This document shows positions 30,356 to 43,689 of a DNA stretch of 64,000 bases, piece by piece (position 1 is the first letter of the stretch; each line of letters opens with the position of its first letter). The notes under the pieces were generated by a model, which did no database searches, was not told the origin of the DNA, and saw only the letters and a program-made list of their open reading frames with translations. The stretch lies in the NCBI RefSeq assembly GCF_009914755.1, contig NC_060937.1. One strand, written 5' to 3'. The DNA is from the human T2T-CHM13v2.0 reference genome, Homo sapiens. The position numbers and the translations under genes are program-made.

Positions 30356-32074
30356 CACTAAATCGTTATTCCCAGAATAATTGAGAATTGACACTGATTT
30401 TTCTTTAAAATGTGGGACACAAGCATTTCTCAAGTCTAAAAAGAGAAGTCATTGTTAGTGGCATATAACTGTATTAGTTTCTTAAAATAAATTAAACATA
30501 TTTCTAAACAGTTAATGATGGGGCGGGGTAAGCACCAGGGAGAAGAAAGGAAATGCAAATTCATTTGTAAGGAGATATCCCTGCCTTTTCACTGGAAAGT
30601 CAATTTCCTTGATACATTAACTCCTCAATCTCAAACATTTATTTAGGGGGAGGTACCAAGTCTAGGGCCCTAGCTTCAGGGAGTGAGAGGGCAAACTGCA
30701 AAGTGAAGCTACCACTTCAATGCTAGTGCTATGCACAGAGCTAGAAATAAGAAATAATTAAGGCTTCACTTAGCCACTAGGAAAATGGGATAAAAGGTGG
30801 CTTCTCATTCTCTTGTTTCTGAATCTCATGTGGCCAAAGCCATTAGAAGGACATCCCCAGGTTATTTTATCTGAAGAGTCTCTGGAATCCTAGTATATTC
30901 TCTGGAATACGCACTCACTTGGGAATTGCCCCAGGGAAACCTGGACTTTAGGGCTACTTTAATGTAGCAAGTAGGTGCAGCTAACTCACCTATTTGGTTT
31001 TCTGTGTGATACAGAGGTACTGCTTCTTTCTCCAACTCTTTTGGAAAGAAGAGCTAAAGATAATATCAGAGATAATAAATTATCTTCCATTTTTCTTTTG
31101 TTATTTTAGGTCTAATACCTTTCAATAAGTGCCCTTCTTCAACATGTATACAATATAAGAAGAAACCACAGGATATCTTTAGAGCTAAATTGACTTCTCA
31201 AAGTTTATTTCTTTTGATCAGAAACCATGTTTTAATGGAGGGAGGAAACTTTATGGTGGGGAGCTGAGGTTTCAAATTTTATTCAGGCTGTATTTTTACT
31301 AGAAACAATATTGTTTTTTCTTTGTAGAATACTAAAAGATTAAATTTCATATTTCAATTTTTGTGAAGACTCCCAAGATCCAAATCCAACATTAAATGTG
31401 TGTGTTTGACCCCATATCCTCCTTACATTAACAATACAGCTTACACATAAGTACGAAGCAATGCACAGCCACCCACAACCAGCACAAATGATACTTGGGT
31501 CTTACAGCTACATGCTGTAGAATATTTTCAGCACATCTAAATAAGAGAGGCTATTAGAAATAAAATACGGGTCACAAGAAGTAAGGAAAATGAGATTAGT
31601 CTTTAATACGTCTCTATTTTATGCAATTATGGATTTTAGACCATTGTTCTGGGTTCCATCTTTACAGGTTAAAATCCAAGTGTTCAAAACTGAAATATAG
31701 AAACTATAATTGCTTATACATAGGAGATGTTTAGATAAATTTATTTTTCATAAAAGAAGCAGCATGGAGTAATAAATTGTCAGTTACATAAAAATCCTAT
31801 CTGGGATGTTTTCAAGGGATTTTATTAGGATGGCCACATCAAAGAACACTTATTTATTATAGGTATACAATCTGCTTAGGTCCACTGGGCAGATTTTAGA
31901 TAAACAATAGCAATCACAGGGTGTCCCAGTGACATCCATAGAAAGCTTTGTGGAGCCTAAGTTATCTGAATGACCTCTTCAAGGGCACCTCTTCTTACCC
32001 TAAGAATTCTCTTCTCTGAAATGGATACTCCTCGAGGCCAAAATCTACTTGGCATCAAAAGCTACTAGAGTAGA

Positions 32075-32414
32075 TGTATTAGTCAGTTTTCGCACTGCTA
32101 TAAAGAGCTTCCCTGAGACTGGGTAATTTGTAAAGGAAAGCTATTTAATTGACTCACAGTTCCATGTGGTTGGGGAGGCCTCAGGAAACTTATAATCATG
32201 GCAGAAGGTGAAGGGGAAGCAGGCACCTTCTTCACAAGGTGGCAGGAGAGAGAAGTGAGCAAAAGCAGGAAAAACTGCCTTATAAAACATCAGATCTCGT
32301 GAAAACTATCACAAGAACAGCATGGGGGAAACTGCCCCCACCTCCCTCCGTTGACACGTGGGGATTACAATCTGAGATGAGATTTGGGTAGGGACACAGA
32401 GCCAAACCGTATCA
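32075..32414 (-). mobile_element. THE1 (C-like) solo LTR
   Basis: tgtattagtcagttttc...cacagagccaaaccgtatca. Confidence 0.9.
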
Positions 32415-33094
32415 GCGGACTCCAAACCAGGTCCATTAAAAAGTCCTTTAATTTAGATCCCTATGGTGCATCAATAAAATACAATGAAAACATGAGAACT
32501 TTGTTGTTGCATTATCTCAATCCTCTCTAACCTCATCCTGGATGCCTATTAATATCTCTTGTTTTATTCTACCACCATTACTTCACACATCTAGATTATT
32601 CTTGTTTGTCACCCCTGTATTCAAACAAACTGAAGCATGAAGTTGTCCAGAATATTTACCTTGTGTCACTTATGTGACAAAGCAAGTCAGACACTGCAGA
32701 AACCTGCTAAATATCCAGTAACCTATTGATGAATTCAGAATGGCGTCTAAAAGCCCCTGGAACTTCTTGAATTGACCTTATCCATGGCAGACACAGGCTT
32801 ACTTCTTTTTGGTTTCCTCCAAATGTTTCCTGTTTATTTTCAAGTTGCGAAAGCCATGCAGACTCGAGTATATGAAAGATGACCACAAAATAATGAAACC
32901 AACTGTCATGTGTGGCTCACATGTACTTAGTTCCTATAAAGGGTCATGGCTACACTTATATAAAACTTCAAACAAAATTAATCTGACAAATAGTATTTGA
33001 AACATTAGTATATTTATATCTAATCCTGTTCTAGAAAATATTTGTAATATTTGAATATATATTCAAAAACATATATTATTATAAACTATATAAA

Positions 33095-33104
33095 TATATG
33101 TGTA

Positions 33105-33145
<41 letters not shown>

Positions 33146-33146
33146 G
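33095..33146. repeat. (TG)n(TA)n microsatellite
   Basis: Directly visible. Confidence 0.95.
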
Positions 33147-34554
33147 ATTGAGGAAGATTGGTACACATGTGGAAGCAATAGGGACCTACACAGTTACTAA
33201 AATTTGTTCAGAAATTGGCCCTGAGTCTCCTGGAAACCAAAGCTGAAAGAGAAACATGACCACTTACAAAATTCATGTTTGCCATAAGGAAAGAGCATAC
33301 CAGATCTTCCAAAATCTAATAATTTACATAATTACTCATGTACAGTATGGTAATAAGCCATAATTGGTGAGTAATATACAGAAATTGCTACAAATTATTC
33401 ATTTTTTCATTCCATAAACATAATGTGTCAGGCTTCAGGGATAGTAAGAAAAAGTCCCTGACCTTGAGGAGTTTTCAGTCTAATGAATGAAGAGAGAGAC
33501 ATTCAAATAAACAGTTAAACCACAATATATTGACTATTAAAGAGTACCATGAATAAGATGTAGTGCCTTCATAAATGTTTCCACATAACCAAGTCAAAGT
33601 TTGATTTCTTCCTCCTACTATTTTGCGTATTTTCCAGAATTCAGGATCGATATGCAGCAATGCAGTCCTGACCTTTTCACCATGGAATCAGTAACACCAT
33701 TGAGACCAGTAAGTGCACTTGTCCGAAGTACAGCCAAACTTCCTGTGTTCCTGCCTATACCCCAAGGCATCCAGCCCTCTTCCTGATCCTCTCTTCTTCC
33801 ATCTTTGCCACCCTTCTTCCCTGTACTTGTCCTTGAGCAGTTATGTAATTGCTCCCTTCCCTTGGTTTAAGTGTTAAAGACCCAAGGCCAAGGAGAATCT
33901 GTGATTGGGGTTTGGAATTATTTATTGGGATTCTCAGCAGGATTCTCATGTTGAAGGGGGATAAAGGTACACTCAGGGAGGAAAAAGGACTCAACAATTT
34001 TGGCTCTGGATCCTTAGGATATGAAGTATTGAATCTAAGGGATGGAAGAGGATTCAATGAGACCAGTGCTTCTAATCCAGCCTCACAGCCAGGCATGCCA
34101 GTAGTAATTATAATAATACTAACAACAACAACAATAATATCTGTTTGATGCTTCAGAAATGATATGTGTTCAAGAGTAAATCAGGTGTGCCTCAGGTGTA
34201 AGATGATTTCAAGGCCAACAAGAAGGCTTTCTGGGCTTTCTGAATAAATCTCCACTGAGCTTCTTGACAGTGCATGCAATTCTTTTAACACAGGGACAAA
34301 GATTTTCCCCAACACAATTAGAGATAAAAAGGCTTAAAAATGTAAATGTATAGGAAAGGTGACACACTGGTATTGATTTGATTCAGTCAATGTGCAAATG
34401 ATGGTATCAGAAACTTTCTCAACTCCCTCCTCTACTCAGACTCTTAAAACAAGAATTTAGTAGTTTTTGCATCTGTCCTTGCTCATGTTCCCTGGATTCC
34501 ACCCTCCTCTGAACTTTGATCCATCAATGATCCCTCTGCCTTCCAATATTACTA

Positions 34555-36150
34555 ATCTCATTCATTCAGCATCCTCATTGCTAAGCATATCCTAGACACT
34601 GGGGATGGACAAAACAGACAAAAATCCTTGCCCTAAGAGAAAAGATAAAGCAGTCAAGAGATAATTAGGGGTCAAGGGGAGAATGCTGAAATTTTAAATA
34701 GGGTGGTCAGGGAAATCTTCTATAAGAAGGTGATATTTAAACAAAAACTTGAAGGAGGTGAAGGAGCATGCATTCCAGGCAGGAGACACAAGTGCAATGG
34801 CCCTGAGGTCTGATATCCCTGGGACAGAATGTGCATGAAAGAGAGGGTCACCAAGGAAGCCAGTAAAATGAAGTCACTGAGATCTTAAAGGTCATGGCAA
34901 TTGGCTTTTGCTCTGAGTGAGATGGGAAACTACTGGCGTATTTTGAGCAGAGGAGTGATATGATCTGAATTACATTTTAATAGGATCGTTCAGCCGCTGC
35001 ATTGAGAACAAACTGGAGGGCACAAGGATGGAAGCAGAGAGTCCTTTTAGGAGGCTGATGCAACAAATCCGGGTAAGAAAGAAGAAAGTGGCCTGAACGA
35101 GGCCTTAGTCATTAGGGAGTTAGCAGTGGACGTGGTATGAAGTGATCAGATTCTGAACATATTTTGAAGTTGGGGCCAATAGTATTTGCTAAAAAATCAG
35201 ATGTAAGGTATGAGAATAAAATAAGAGTGAAGGATAACTCAGAGGCTTTGGGCCTGAGCAACAGGAAAAATGGAGCTGCTGTTTCCTGGGATGGGGAAGA
35301 TTTTGGAAGGATTAGGCACAGGGGTAGAATATCAGGAGCTCAATTTTAAATGCTAACTAGACATCCAAGTGAGATGTTAAAATAGGCAGTGGATATATAG
35401 TCTATAGTTTTGGGGAGAGGTTCAGCCTGGTATTTAAAGTCATGACACTAGGGAAAAACCACCATGGGAGGAAATATAGAGTTAAAAAGGCAAGAGGATG
35501 AACTGGTCTCTGGCACAGTCCAATTTTTAGAGGTTGTGGACGTGGAGAGGAACCTGCAAAAGAGGAGAAGGAGCAGCCAAAGAAGTAGAAAAACTAGGCA
35601 AATGTGATGTCCTAGAGGCCAAGGGAAGAGAATATGTCATGAGAAGGGACTGATGGGTCAAATGCCACAGATGGGTCATGGAAAATGAGGACTTTTCATT
35701 GACCATTGAATTTAGCCATCAGAAAGTCTTTGATGACTTTGACAGGGAAGTTACAATAGAATGGTGGGCACATTCCTACACTCCACCACTGCTCATGGAA
35801 GTTAATTCAGAAGAAGAAGAAAGATGAAAACTTGGAGACAACTAATAAAGAAACTTCTTTTGAGGTGTTTTGCTGAGAATGGAAGGGGAGAAACAGACAA
35901 TGGCTTGAGAGTGAAATGGGAGTTCAAGACTTTTTGTTTTTAAAATGAAAGAAATCTTAGTGGGTTTGCATGCTGATGCAAAAGGGAAAAAAAACGGTTA
36001 AGTCAAGAGAAAAGAGAATTCTGAAGCAGTGGCCTTGAGCAGAAAGAAGTGATGGGATCAAATGAGAGGGAAGAGAAACCCCGTCTTAAAAAAAAAAAAA
36101 AAAAAAAGGTTGGGGAAGGGATTGGCTTTAGTTAGGAATATGGACAATGA
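34555..36150 (-). mobile_element. L2 LINE, long degenerate fragment
   Basis: tcattcattcagc tail, gggtggtcagggaa, ttttgagcagaggagtgatatgatctga, agacatccaagtg. Confidence 0.8.
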
Positions 36151-36221
36151 TCCATGTTTTCCACTCATCCTTCCTCTCAGCCTCTTTTAGCATCTTTTGG
36201 CTTCCCTGTTGCAAAACTAAG

Positions 36222-36566
36222 AGCAACAGGCTGTTTGCATCCCTCAAAATTCATATGTTGAAATCTAATCCTAATTTGATGGTACTTGGAGGTGTGGCTT
36301 TAGGGAGGTAATTAGGGTGATGCCTTCATGAATGGAATTAGTGCCTTTACAAAAGAGAGCCCAGAGAGATTCCCTTGCCCCCTCAACCATGTGAGAACAC
36401 AGCAAAAAGTGGCCATGTATGAACCAGGAAGTGAGCCTTCACCAGACACCAAATCTGCAGCCACCCTAATCTTGGACTTCCTAGCCTGCGGGACTGTGAG
36501 AGATAAGCGTCTGTTGTTTTACAAGCCAATGGTATCCTATTAGAGCAGTGTGAACAGACTAGGGCA
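36222..36566 (+). mobile_element. MLT1A-type MaLR LTR
   Basis: aaaattcatatgttgaaatctaatcc...ccagacaccaaatctgc...cagactagggca. Confidence 0.85.
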
Positions 36567-36788
36567 GTAAGCAATCTTCAGTTGCGTCTAACTATGCTCT
36601 ATAGCTCTGCTTCCTTCTCTTTATAGTCTGTTGTCTTCAAAACATTGCCCACATTTGCTCTGCTCCTGTGGTTCCCTTTCGTTTGTTGGCACGAGATAGC
36701 CCAGCTTCTGCGCACCAGTGGCTCTGGAATTGCCTATTTCCAGGGACTGTTTTTTGTTTTTTTTGTTTTTTCTTTTTTTACTGAACCC

Positions 36789-37179
36789 TTTCTCAAGTGT
36801 CTGTGCGAAGAGACCACCAAACAGGCTTTGTGTGAGCAACAGGGCTGTTTAGCAAAGGGTGGTGGGATTATCGTTAGTTCTTACAGGTTTTGGGATAGGC
36901 GGTGGAGTTAGGAGCAATGTTTTGTGGGCAGGGGGTGGATCTCACAAAGTACATTCTCAAGGGTGAGGAGAATTACAAAGAACCTTCTTAAAGGTGGGGG
37001 AGATTACAAAGTACATTGATCAGTTAGGGTGGGGCAGAAACAAATCACAATAGTGAAATATCATCAGTTAAGGCTATTTTCACTTCTTTTGTGGATCTTC
37101 AGTTGCTTCAGGCCATCTGGATGTATATGTGCAGGTCACAGGGGATATGATGGCTTAGCTTGGGCTCAGAGGCCTGACA
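36789..37179 (-). repeat. HERV-H 3' LTR (LTR7B/type II-like), with a 42-bp deletion
   Basis: Minus strand begins TGTCAGGCCTCTGAGCCCAAGCTAAGCC. By eye it differs from the 5' LTR by about 23 substitutions. Confidence 0.9.
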
Positions 37180-37639
37180 TTCTTATCTTCTTATATTAAT
37201 AAGAAAAGCAAAACAAAATAGTGAAGTGTTGGAGCAGCAAAAAATTTTGGGGGTGGTATGGAGAGATAACGAGTGATGTTTCTCAGGGCTGCTTCAAGCG
37301 GAATTAGGGGCAGTGTGGGAACCTGCAGTGGGAGAGATTCAACTGAAGAAAGATTTTGGGGTAAGGGGTGATATTGTGGGGTTGTTAGAGAAACATTGGT
37401 CTTATAGAATGATTGGTGATGGCCTGGATACAGTTTTGTATGAATTGAGAAACTAAATGGAATACACAAGGTCTGAATAAAAGAAGGAGAAAAATGGGTA
37501 TTAAAGGACTAAGAATTGGGAGGACCCAGGACATCCAAGTAGAGAGTGCCCAAAGGGGTTCCGCGTAATTACTTGCTTGGTTGGTGAGTTTTTGAGCTCT
37601 ATCCTTGACAGAGTCCTCTTTTTTAGGTTGGAGGCTGAG

Positions 37640-40130
37640 CTTGGTGAGGTTTGTTTTTAAAAGACCATTAGTCCGTTCTATGTTTCCTGAAGATTGAGGA
37701 CAGTAAGGGGTATGAAGGTTTCACTGAATACCAAGAGCCTGACAAACTTCTTGGGTGATTTGACTGGTAAAGGCTGGTCCGTTATCAGGTTATATAGAGG
37801 TGGGAAGGCCAAACCGAGGAATTATGTCTGACAGAAGGGAAGAAATGACTGCAGTGGCCTTCTCAGACCCTGTGGGAAAGGCCTTTACCCACCCAGTGAA
37901 AGTATCTACCCAGACCAAGAGATATTTTAGTTTCCTGACTCTAGGCATGTGAGTAAAGTCAATTTGCCAGTCCTGGGCAGGGGCAAATCCCTGAGCTTGA
38001 TGTGTAGGGAAGGGAGGAGGCCTGAATAATCCCTGAGGAGTGGTAGAATAGCAGATGGAACACTGAGAAGTGATTTCCTTGAGGATAGATTTCCACGATG
38101 GAAAGGAAATGAGAGGTTGTAAGAGGTGGGCTAGCAGCTTGTAACCTACATGGAAGAGGTTATGAAATGGCGACAGAATTAGAATGGGCCTGTGAGACTG
38201 GAAGGAGATATTTTCCTTGGTCCATGAACCATTTGCCTTGTGTTCAGTTGGGGAGTAGGTGGGAGTGACCAGATGAGAAGGAGAAAAACTGCCATGAGGG
38301 ATAGAAGTTGGAATGCTAGCTGCTTTTTTAGCTACTTTATCAGCATAAGCATTGCCCTAAGCGATGGGAGCTGATGCCTTTTGATGGCCCTTGTAGTGTA
38401 TGACTCCAGCTTCCTTTGGAAGTAAAGTGGCCTTGAGAAGAGTTTTTATTAAAGAGGCATTAATGATGGAGGAGGACCCTTGCACAGTGAGGAAACCTCT
38501 TTCAGCCCATATAACATCATGCTGGTGCAGGATATGGAAGGCATATTTACAGTCAGCATAAATATTGACATGCAATTCCTTTGCAAGAGTGAGGGCTCGA
38601 GTTAAGGCAATGAGTTTGGCTTGCTGAGAGGTAGTAGAGGGGGGACAGAGCAGTAGCCTCAATGATAGATGTGGAAGGTACTATAGCATAGCCTGCCTTT
38701 ACTTATGAGTGGCGATTAGGCCTGGTAGAACTGCCGTCAATAATCCAAGTGTGATCACGGTGAGGAACAGGAAAGAAGGAAATATGGGGAAATGGAGTGA
38801 ATGTCAGGTGTATCAGAGAGATACAGTCATGGGGGTCAGGTGTGGTATCAGGAATAATGTGGGAGTACGGATTGAAGTCCAGGGAAGGAACAATGGTAAC
38901 TGTGGGAGACTCAACAAAGAGTGAATACAGCTGAAGGAGCCGGGAAGCAGAAATTATATGTGTCAGGTGTGAGTAAGAAAATAGATTTTGGAAGTTATGA
39001 GAACTGTAGAGAGTGAGTTGAGCACAGTTTGTGATTTGGGGGGCCTCTAAAACTATTAGGGCAGCAGCAGGTGCTACACGGAGACACAAGGGCTATGCTA
39101 AAACATTAAGGTCAAGTTGTTTGGACAGAAAGGCTACAGGGCGCAGTCCCGGTCTTTGTGTAAGAATTCCGAGTGCATAGCCCTGCACTTCAGCTATGCG
39201 TAATGAAAATGGTTAGGATGAGTTAGGGAGAACTAGTGTGGGGGCAGCTTCTAGGGCTGTTTTTAAGGAATGGAAAGAGGAGTGGCAAAAGGATTTAGGA
39301 TCTATGGGGTCAATTAGGTTTGCTTTTGTGAGTTTATACAATGGACTAGTCAGGATGGTAAAACTAGGTATCCAAAGGCAGAAGTACCTAACCATGCTTA
39401 GGAAGGAAAGGAGTTGTTGTTTTGTAGAAGAGGTTGGGGTTTGGGAGATTAGCCAGACACGATCAGCGGGGAGAGCATGTGTGTTTTCATGAAGAATTAT
39501 GCCGAGATAGGTAACAGATGAGGAAGAAATTTGGGCTTGACTGAAGTAATGGGGGCTGTCCGCAAAGTCTTGTGGCAGTACAGCCCAGGTAATTTGCTGA
39601 GCTTGATGGGTGTCAGGGCCAGTCCAAGTGAAAGCGAAGAGAGGCTGGGATAAAAGGTGCAAAGGAATAGTAAAGAAAGCATGTTTGAGATCCAGAACAG
39701 AATTATGGGTTATGGAGGGTTGTGGAGGGAAGGTATTGAGGATGGAAGAGTATATGGCTTTGGCACCACAGGGTGGATAGGCAAGACAATTTGGTTGATA
39801 AAGCACAGATCCTGAACTAGCCTGTAAGACTTGTCCGGTTTTTGGACAGGTAAAATGGGGGAATTGTAAGGAGAGTTTACAGGCTTTAAAAGGCCATGCT
39901 GTAACAGGCAAGTGATAACAGGCTTTAATCCTTTTAAAGCATGCTGTGGGATGGGATATTGGCACTGACTGGGGTAAGGGTGATTAGGTTTTAATGGGAT
40001 GGTAAGGGGTGCATCATCCATCACCAAGGAGGGAGTAGAGGTGTCCTATACTTGTGGATTAAGGTGGGGAGATACAAGGAGAGGATGTGAAGGAGGCTTT
40101 GAACTGGGGGAAAAGGTGGCAATGAGGTAT
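37640..40130 (-). pseudogene. pol: HERV-H pol remnants (RT, RNase H, partial integrase)
   Basis: QYPIPQHALKGLKPVI...PYNSPILPVQKPDKSYRLVQDL, LDLKHAFFTIPL, WAVLPQDFADSPHYF, TSQQAKLIALTRAL...VNIYADCKYAF. Multiple frameshifts; boundaries approximate. Confidence 0.85.
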
Positions 40131-40499
40131 GGCTGTAGCCCAGGATAGTCAGGGAAGCAGATAATTTAGTTAAAATGTCTAGACCTTATAAGGGAGATAG
40201 GCAGGTGGGGATAACTAAAAAGGAGTGCATAAAAGAATATTGTCCAAGTTGGCATCATTTGGGGAGTTTTAAGGGGTCTGGAAGCCTGGCCATCAGTACC
40301 CACAACAGTTATGGAGGCAAGGGAAACAGGTCCTTGAAAAGAAGGTAATGTGGAGTAGCCTCTATATTGATTAAGAAGGGGATGGACTTACCCTCCCCTG
40401 TGAGAGTTACCCGAAGCTCAGTGTCCGTGATGGTCTAGGGGGCTTCCAAGGCAATTGGGCTGCATCAGTCCTCAGCCGCTAAGACGAGAAGATCTGGGA

Positions 40500-41576
40500 A
40501 GGAGTCAGTCAGAGAGGCTTGGGCCAGAGTTCCAGGGACCCTGGGAGTGGCTGCCAGGTGAGATGAACAGTCTGATTTCCAGTGGGGTGCCACACAGATG
40601 GGACATGGCTTAAGAGGAATCCTGGGCTGCAGGCATTCCTTGGCCCAGTGGCCAGATTTCTGGCACTTGGAGCAAGATCCTGGGGCAGGCGGTCCTGGAG
40701 GAATCCCTGGCTGCTGCGGTTCAGGTGTTTGGAGTTCTTGTGTGCTGGAGATGTGGCTGGGGTTTGTCTCACAGAGGAGGCAAGGAATTGCAACTCAGAA
40801 ATACGTTGCTACTTGGCTGCCTCTACTCTATTATTGTACACCTTGAAGGTGAGGTGAATTAGGTCCTGTTGTAGGGTTTGAGGGCCAGAAACTAATTTTT
40901 GGAGCTTTTTCTAATATCGGGAGTGGATTGGGTAATAAAATGCATATTGAGAATAAGACGGCCTTCTGGCCTCTCTGGGTCTAGGACAGTAAAGCGTCTA
41001 AGGGCTGTTGCCAAACAGGCCATAAACTGGGCTGGGTTTTTATATTTGATGAAAAAGAGCCTAAATGCTAGCTGACTGGGGAGAGGTCGGATAAAGAAAA
41101 AAGCAGCATTAACTTTGACTATGCCTTTAGCTCCAGCCACCTCTTTAAGCGGAAATTGTTGGGCAGGTGGGGGAGGGCTAGTCATGGAACGAAACTGTAA
41201 GCCAGACCAGGTGTGAGGAGGGGAGGTGATAGAAAGATTATAGGGTCGGGGAGCAGAGGCTGAGGAAGAATTGAGACCTGGCTCGGCCTGGCGAGGAGCA
41301 GCCTGGGGTGAAGGGGAGATGTCAGATGAGTCTGTAGAAAAGGATTCAAGGACTCAGAGCTTGGGGTGAAGACTGAAGGAACAGACAGGAGAGAAAGACA
41401 GTGCCATTCTCTTGTCACTTGGAACTACTGTCAAGTTGGTATTGGGGCCAAGCGGTATTGCAGAAGAAAATAAGGCATTTAAATTTTAGGGCAGGTGTGA
41501 GTTGAAGAGGTTTTAAGTTCTTGAGAACACAGGCTAAGGGAGAAGAAGGAGGAATGGAGGGTGGAAGTTTGCCCAT
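40500..41576 (-). pseudogene. gag: HERV-H gag remnant
   Basis: MGKLPPSIPPSSPLACVLKNLKPL...IFFCNTAWPQY, FPLKEVAGAKGIVKVNA, LILNMHFITQSTPDIRK. Confidence 0.85.
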
Positions 41577-42113
41577 AGTGAAGGAGGCAAGTTTAAAGAG
41601 AAGGGTAGAGACACAGAGAAGGGGGGTGGGGAGCAGCCCTGGACTGCAATGTGGGTGAGCAGCCAAAGCAGGCATCCCTGCAATTGACTTGCCACCAAGG
41701 GAACATGGGTGAATGACCAAGGCAGGCATCCCCGTGGAGATCAGACACCAATCGAATGTGGGTGAATAATCAGACACGCATCCCCACAATGATTAAACAC
41801 CAAGGGAAGGCTGTCTTCCCAAGTCCGTGACTGGCACCAGAGTTTTGGGTCCATGGATAAAATGTGTTTCCTTTGTCTCTACTAGAGAGGAAAAAGAACT
41901 GGAATTGGAAGGACAGGGAGATTGAAGGGTAGCAAGAGAGGCTGGAGAAGAGAGTGAAAAGACCGCTTACGTGATTTGAAATTGGTGAGATGTTCCTTGG
42001 GCTGTTAGGTCTGAGGACCCGAGGTCATAGGTGGATCTCTTCACAGAGTGAGGGTGAGGACAGGGGACTGGTCTCCCAAAGGAGTCCCTCTGACCCGGGT
42101 CTTTGGCACCAAA

Positions 42114-42545
42114 TGTCTCACACATCTGTGTGAAGAGACAACAAAACAGGCTTTATGTGAGCAACAAGGCTGTTTATTTCACCTGGGTGCAGGCAGGCTG
42201 AGTCTAAAAAAGGAGTCAGCAAAGGGTGATGGGATTATCATTAGTTCTTACAGGTTTTGGGTAGGCGGTGGAGTTAGGAGCAATGTTTTGTGCACAGGGG
42301 GTGGATCTCACAAAGTACATTCTCAAGGGTGGGGAGAATTACAAAGAATCTTCTTAAGGGTGGGGGAGATTACAAAGTACATTGATCAGTTAGGGTGGGG
42401 CAGAAACAAATCACAATGGTGGAATGTCATCAGTTAAGGCTATTTTCACTTCTTTTGTGGATCTTTAGTTGTTTCAGGCCATCTGGATGTACATGTGCAG
42501 GTCACAGGGGATATGATGGCTTAGCTTGGGCTCAGAGGCCTGACA
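42114..42545 (-). promoter_or_regulatory. HERV-H 5' LTR (LTR7B/type II-like), potential promoter firing leftward
   Basis: Complete 432-bp LTR with AATAAA retained, followed on the minus strand by PBS TGGTGCCAAAGACCCGGG. Confidence 0.85.
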
Positions 42546-43689
42546 AACCCCTCTGACTATTGACTGCTTTCCTTTCTAGAAACCCTTTACCCTTTACTAT
42601 ATCGTGTACCTCTATCCCTGGGCTGGACTTCTGGTCCATTCCCTGGACTCCTGTTCCTCTGCCTGACACTTCAAATGTTGGTGCTTGTTGGGTTTTCTCA
42701 GCCTTTTTTTCATTTGACAAAGGAATATCACTTATCCAATGCCAGCAGGGACTCCAGAATTTTCATACAGGAAGAGATAGGTGATTTGTCTTGATGCTGA
42801 GTTTGCTGAGTAGGCTAACTTCTTCTACTTACATTCTCTATGTTTGGAGCAGCTTGTTAAGTGGTGATGTAGATTACAGGGGGACTTAATCCTCCCCCAT
42901 CTCATCACCCCTTGTTTCTCTGCTGCCAGAGCTTCAACTGCCACCTACATGTGGGGTTGTTTTACCCAATAAGTACTAAAGGCACAGTATCTTTTCAAAG
43001 TAAAAGAAAATATTTAAGAAAAGAAAGAAAGGAAGGAGGAAAAGAAAGACAAAAGCAAGGAAGGAGGAAAGGAGAGAGAAGAGAAAGAGGAAAACTGCAA
43101 AATGAAATTAATAGATGTTTAATCAACTGCCTACAATTCATATCAAATGTCAGCTTGACTCGTGTATGATTATCTGATATATTGTATATAACATATTTCA
43201 GTATATTTTTATATGATGTATGGAAGAGCTTCCAAAAGTAACCATGATTAGAGCCTATCAAACACTTATTTACTGAAAATCCAAGCTAAAACTTCTTCCT
43301 GAGCTCTGTACTCTTCTTTACAATTGCCTACTACACACAGTCACCTCAATGACCACAGGAATCTCAAACACAACACATCCCTAAATAAAATCATCTTTCT
43401 TCTCAAATGTCCTCTAGAGTTTATGCAGTAAAAATGGAATAAGCTTGAGCATCAGCCAGTTTTTTAGGTTCAAATTTCAACTCTTTGAGTTAGCCATTTT
43501 GTGGGAAATAAGAATTTTAAATGGGACTTTGTCATTTACTAATAATTACATTTCGGGAAGGCAAGGGAAAGAGTCCTTACCAACCAGAGATGTAAGCACT
43601 CAAAGGCAGTAAACCCTGGTAGGGGCTGTGACAGAAGCTTGTCAGGATATAGTGAGGAACAAGAAAAGGAGGAGTCAAGAATGTATTCG

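Larger units (their letters stand above)
36789..42545 (-). mobile_element. HERV-H provirus, two LTRs, about 5.76 kb, deleted pol/env type
   Basis: Paired LTRs, perfect 5-bp TSD AACCC (36784-36788, 42546-42550), PBS, polypurine tract, gag and pol remnants. Confidence 0.95.

Noticed and set aside
39213-39965. Longest ORF in the window (250 aa) as a functional reverse transcriptase
   Set aside because: Frameshifted HERV-H pol fragment. The N-terminal part is out of frame and the catalytic YxDD region is deleted.
43010-43095. Purine-rich GA tract and ORF 42912-43169
   Set aside because: Low-complexity sequence next to L2 fragments.
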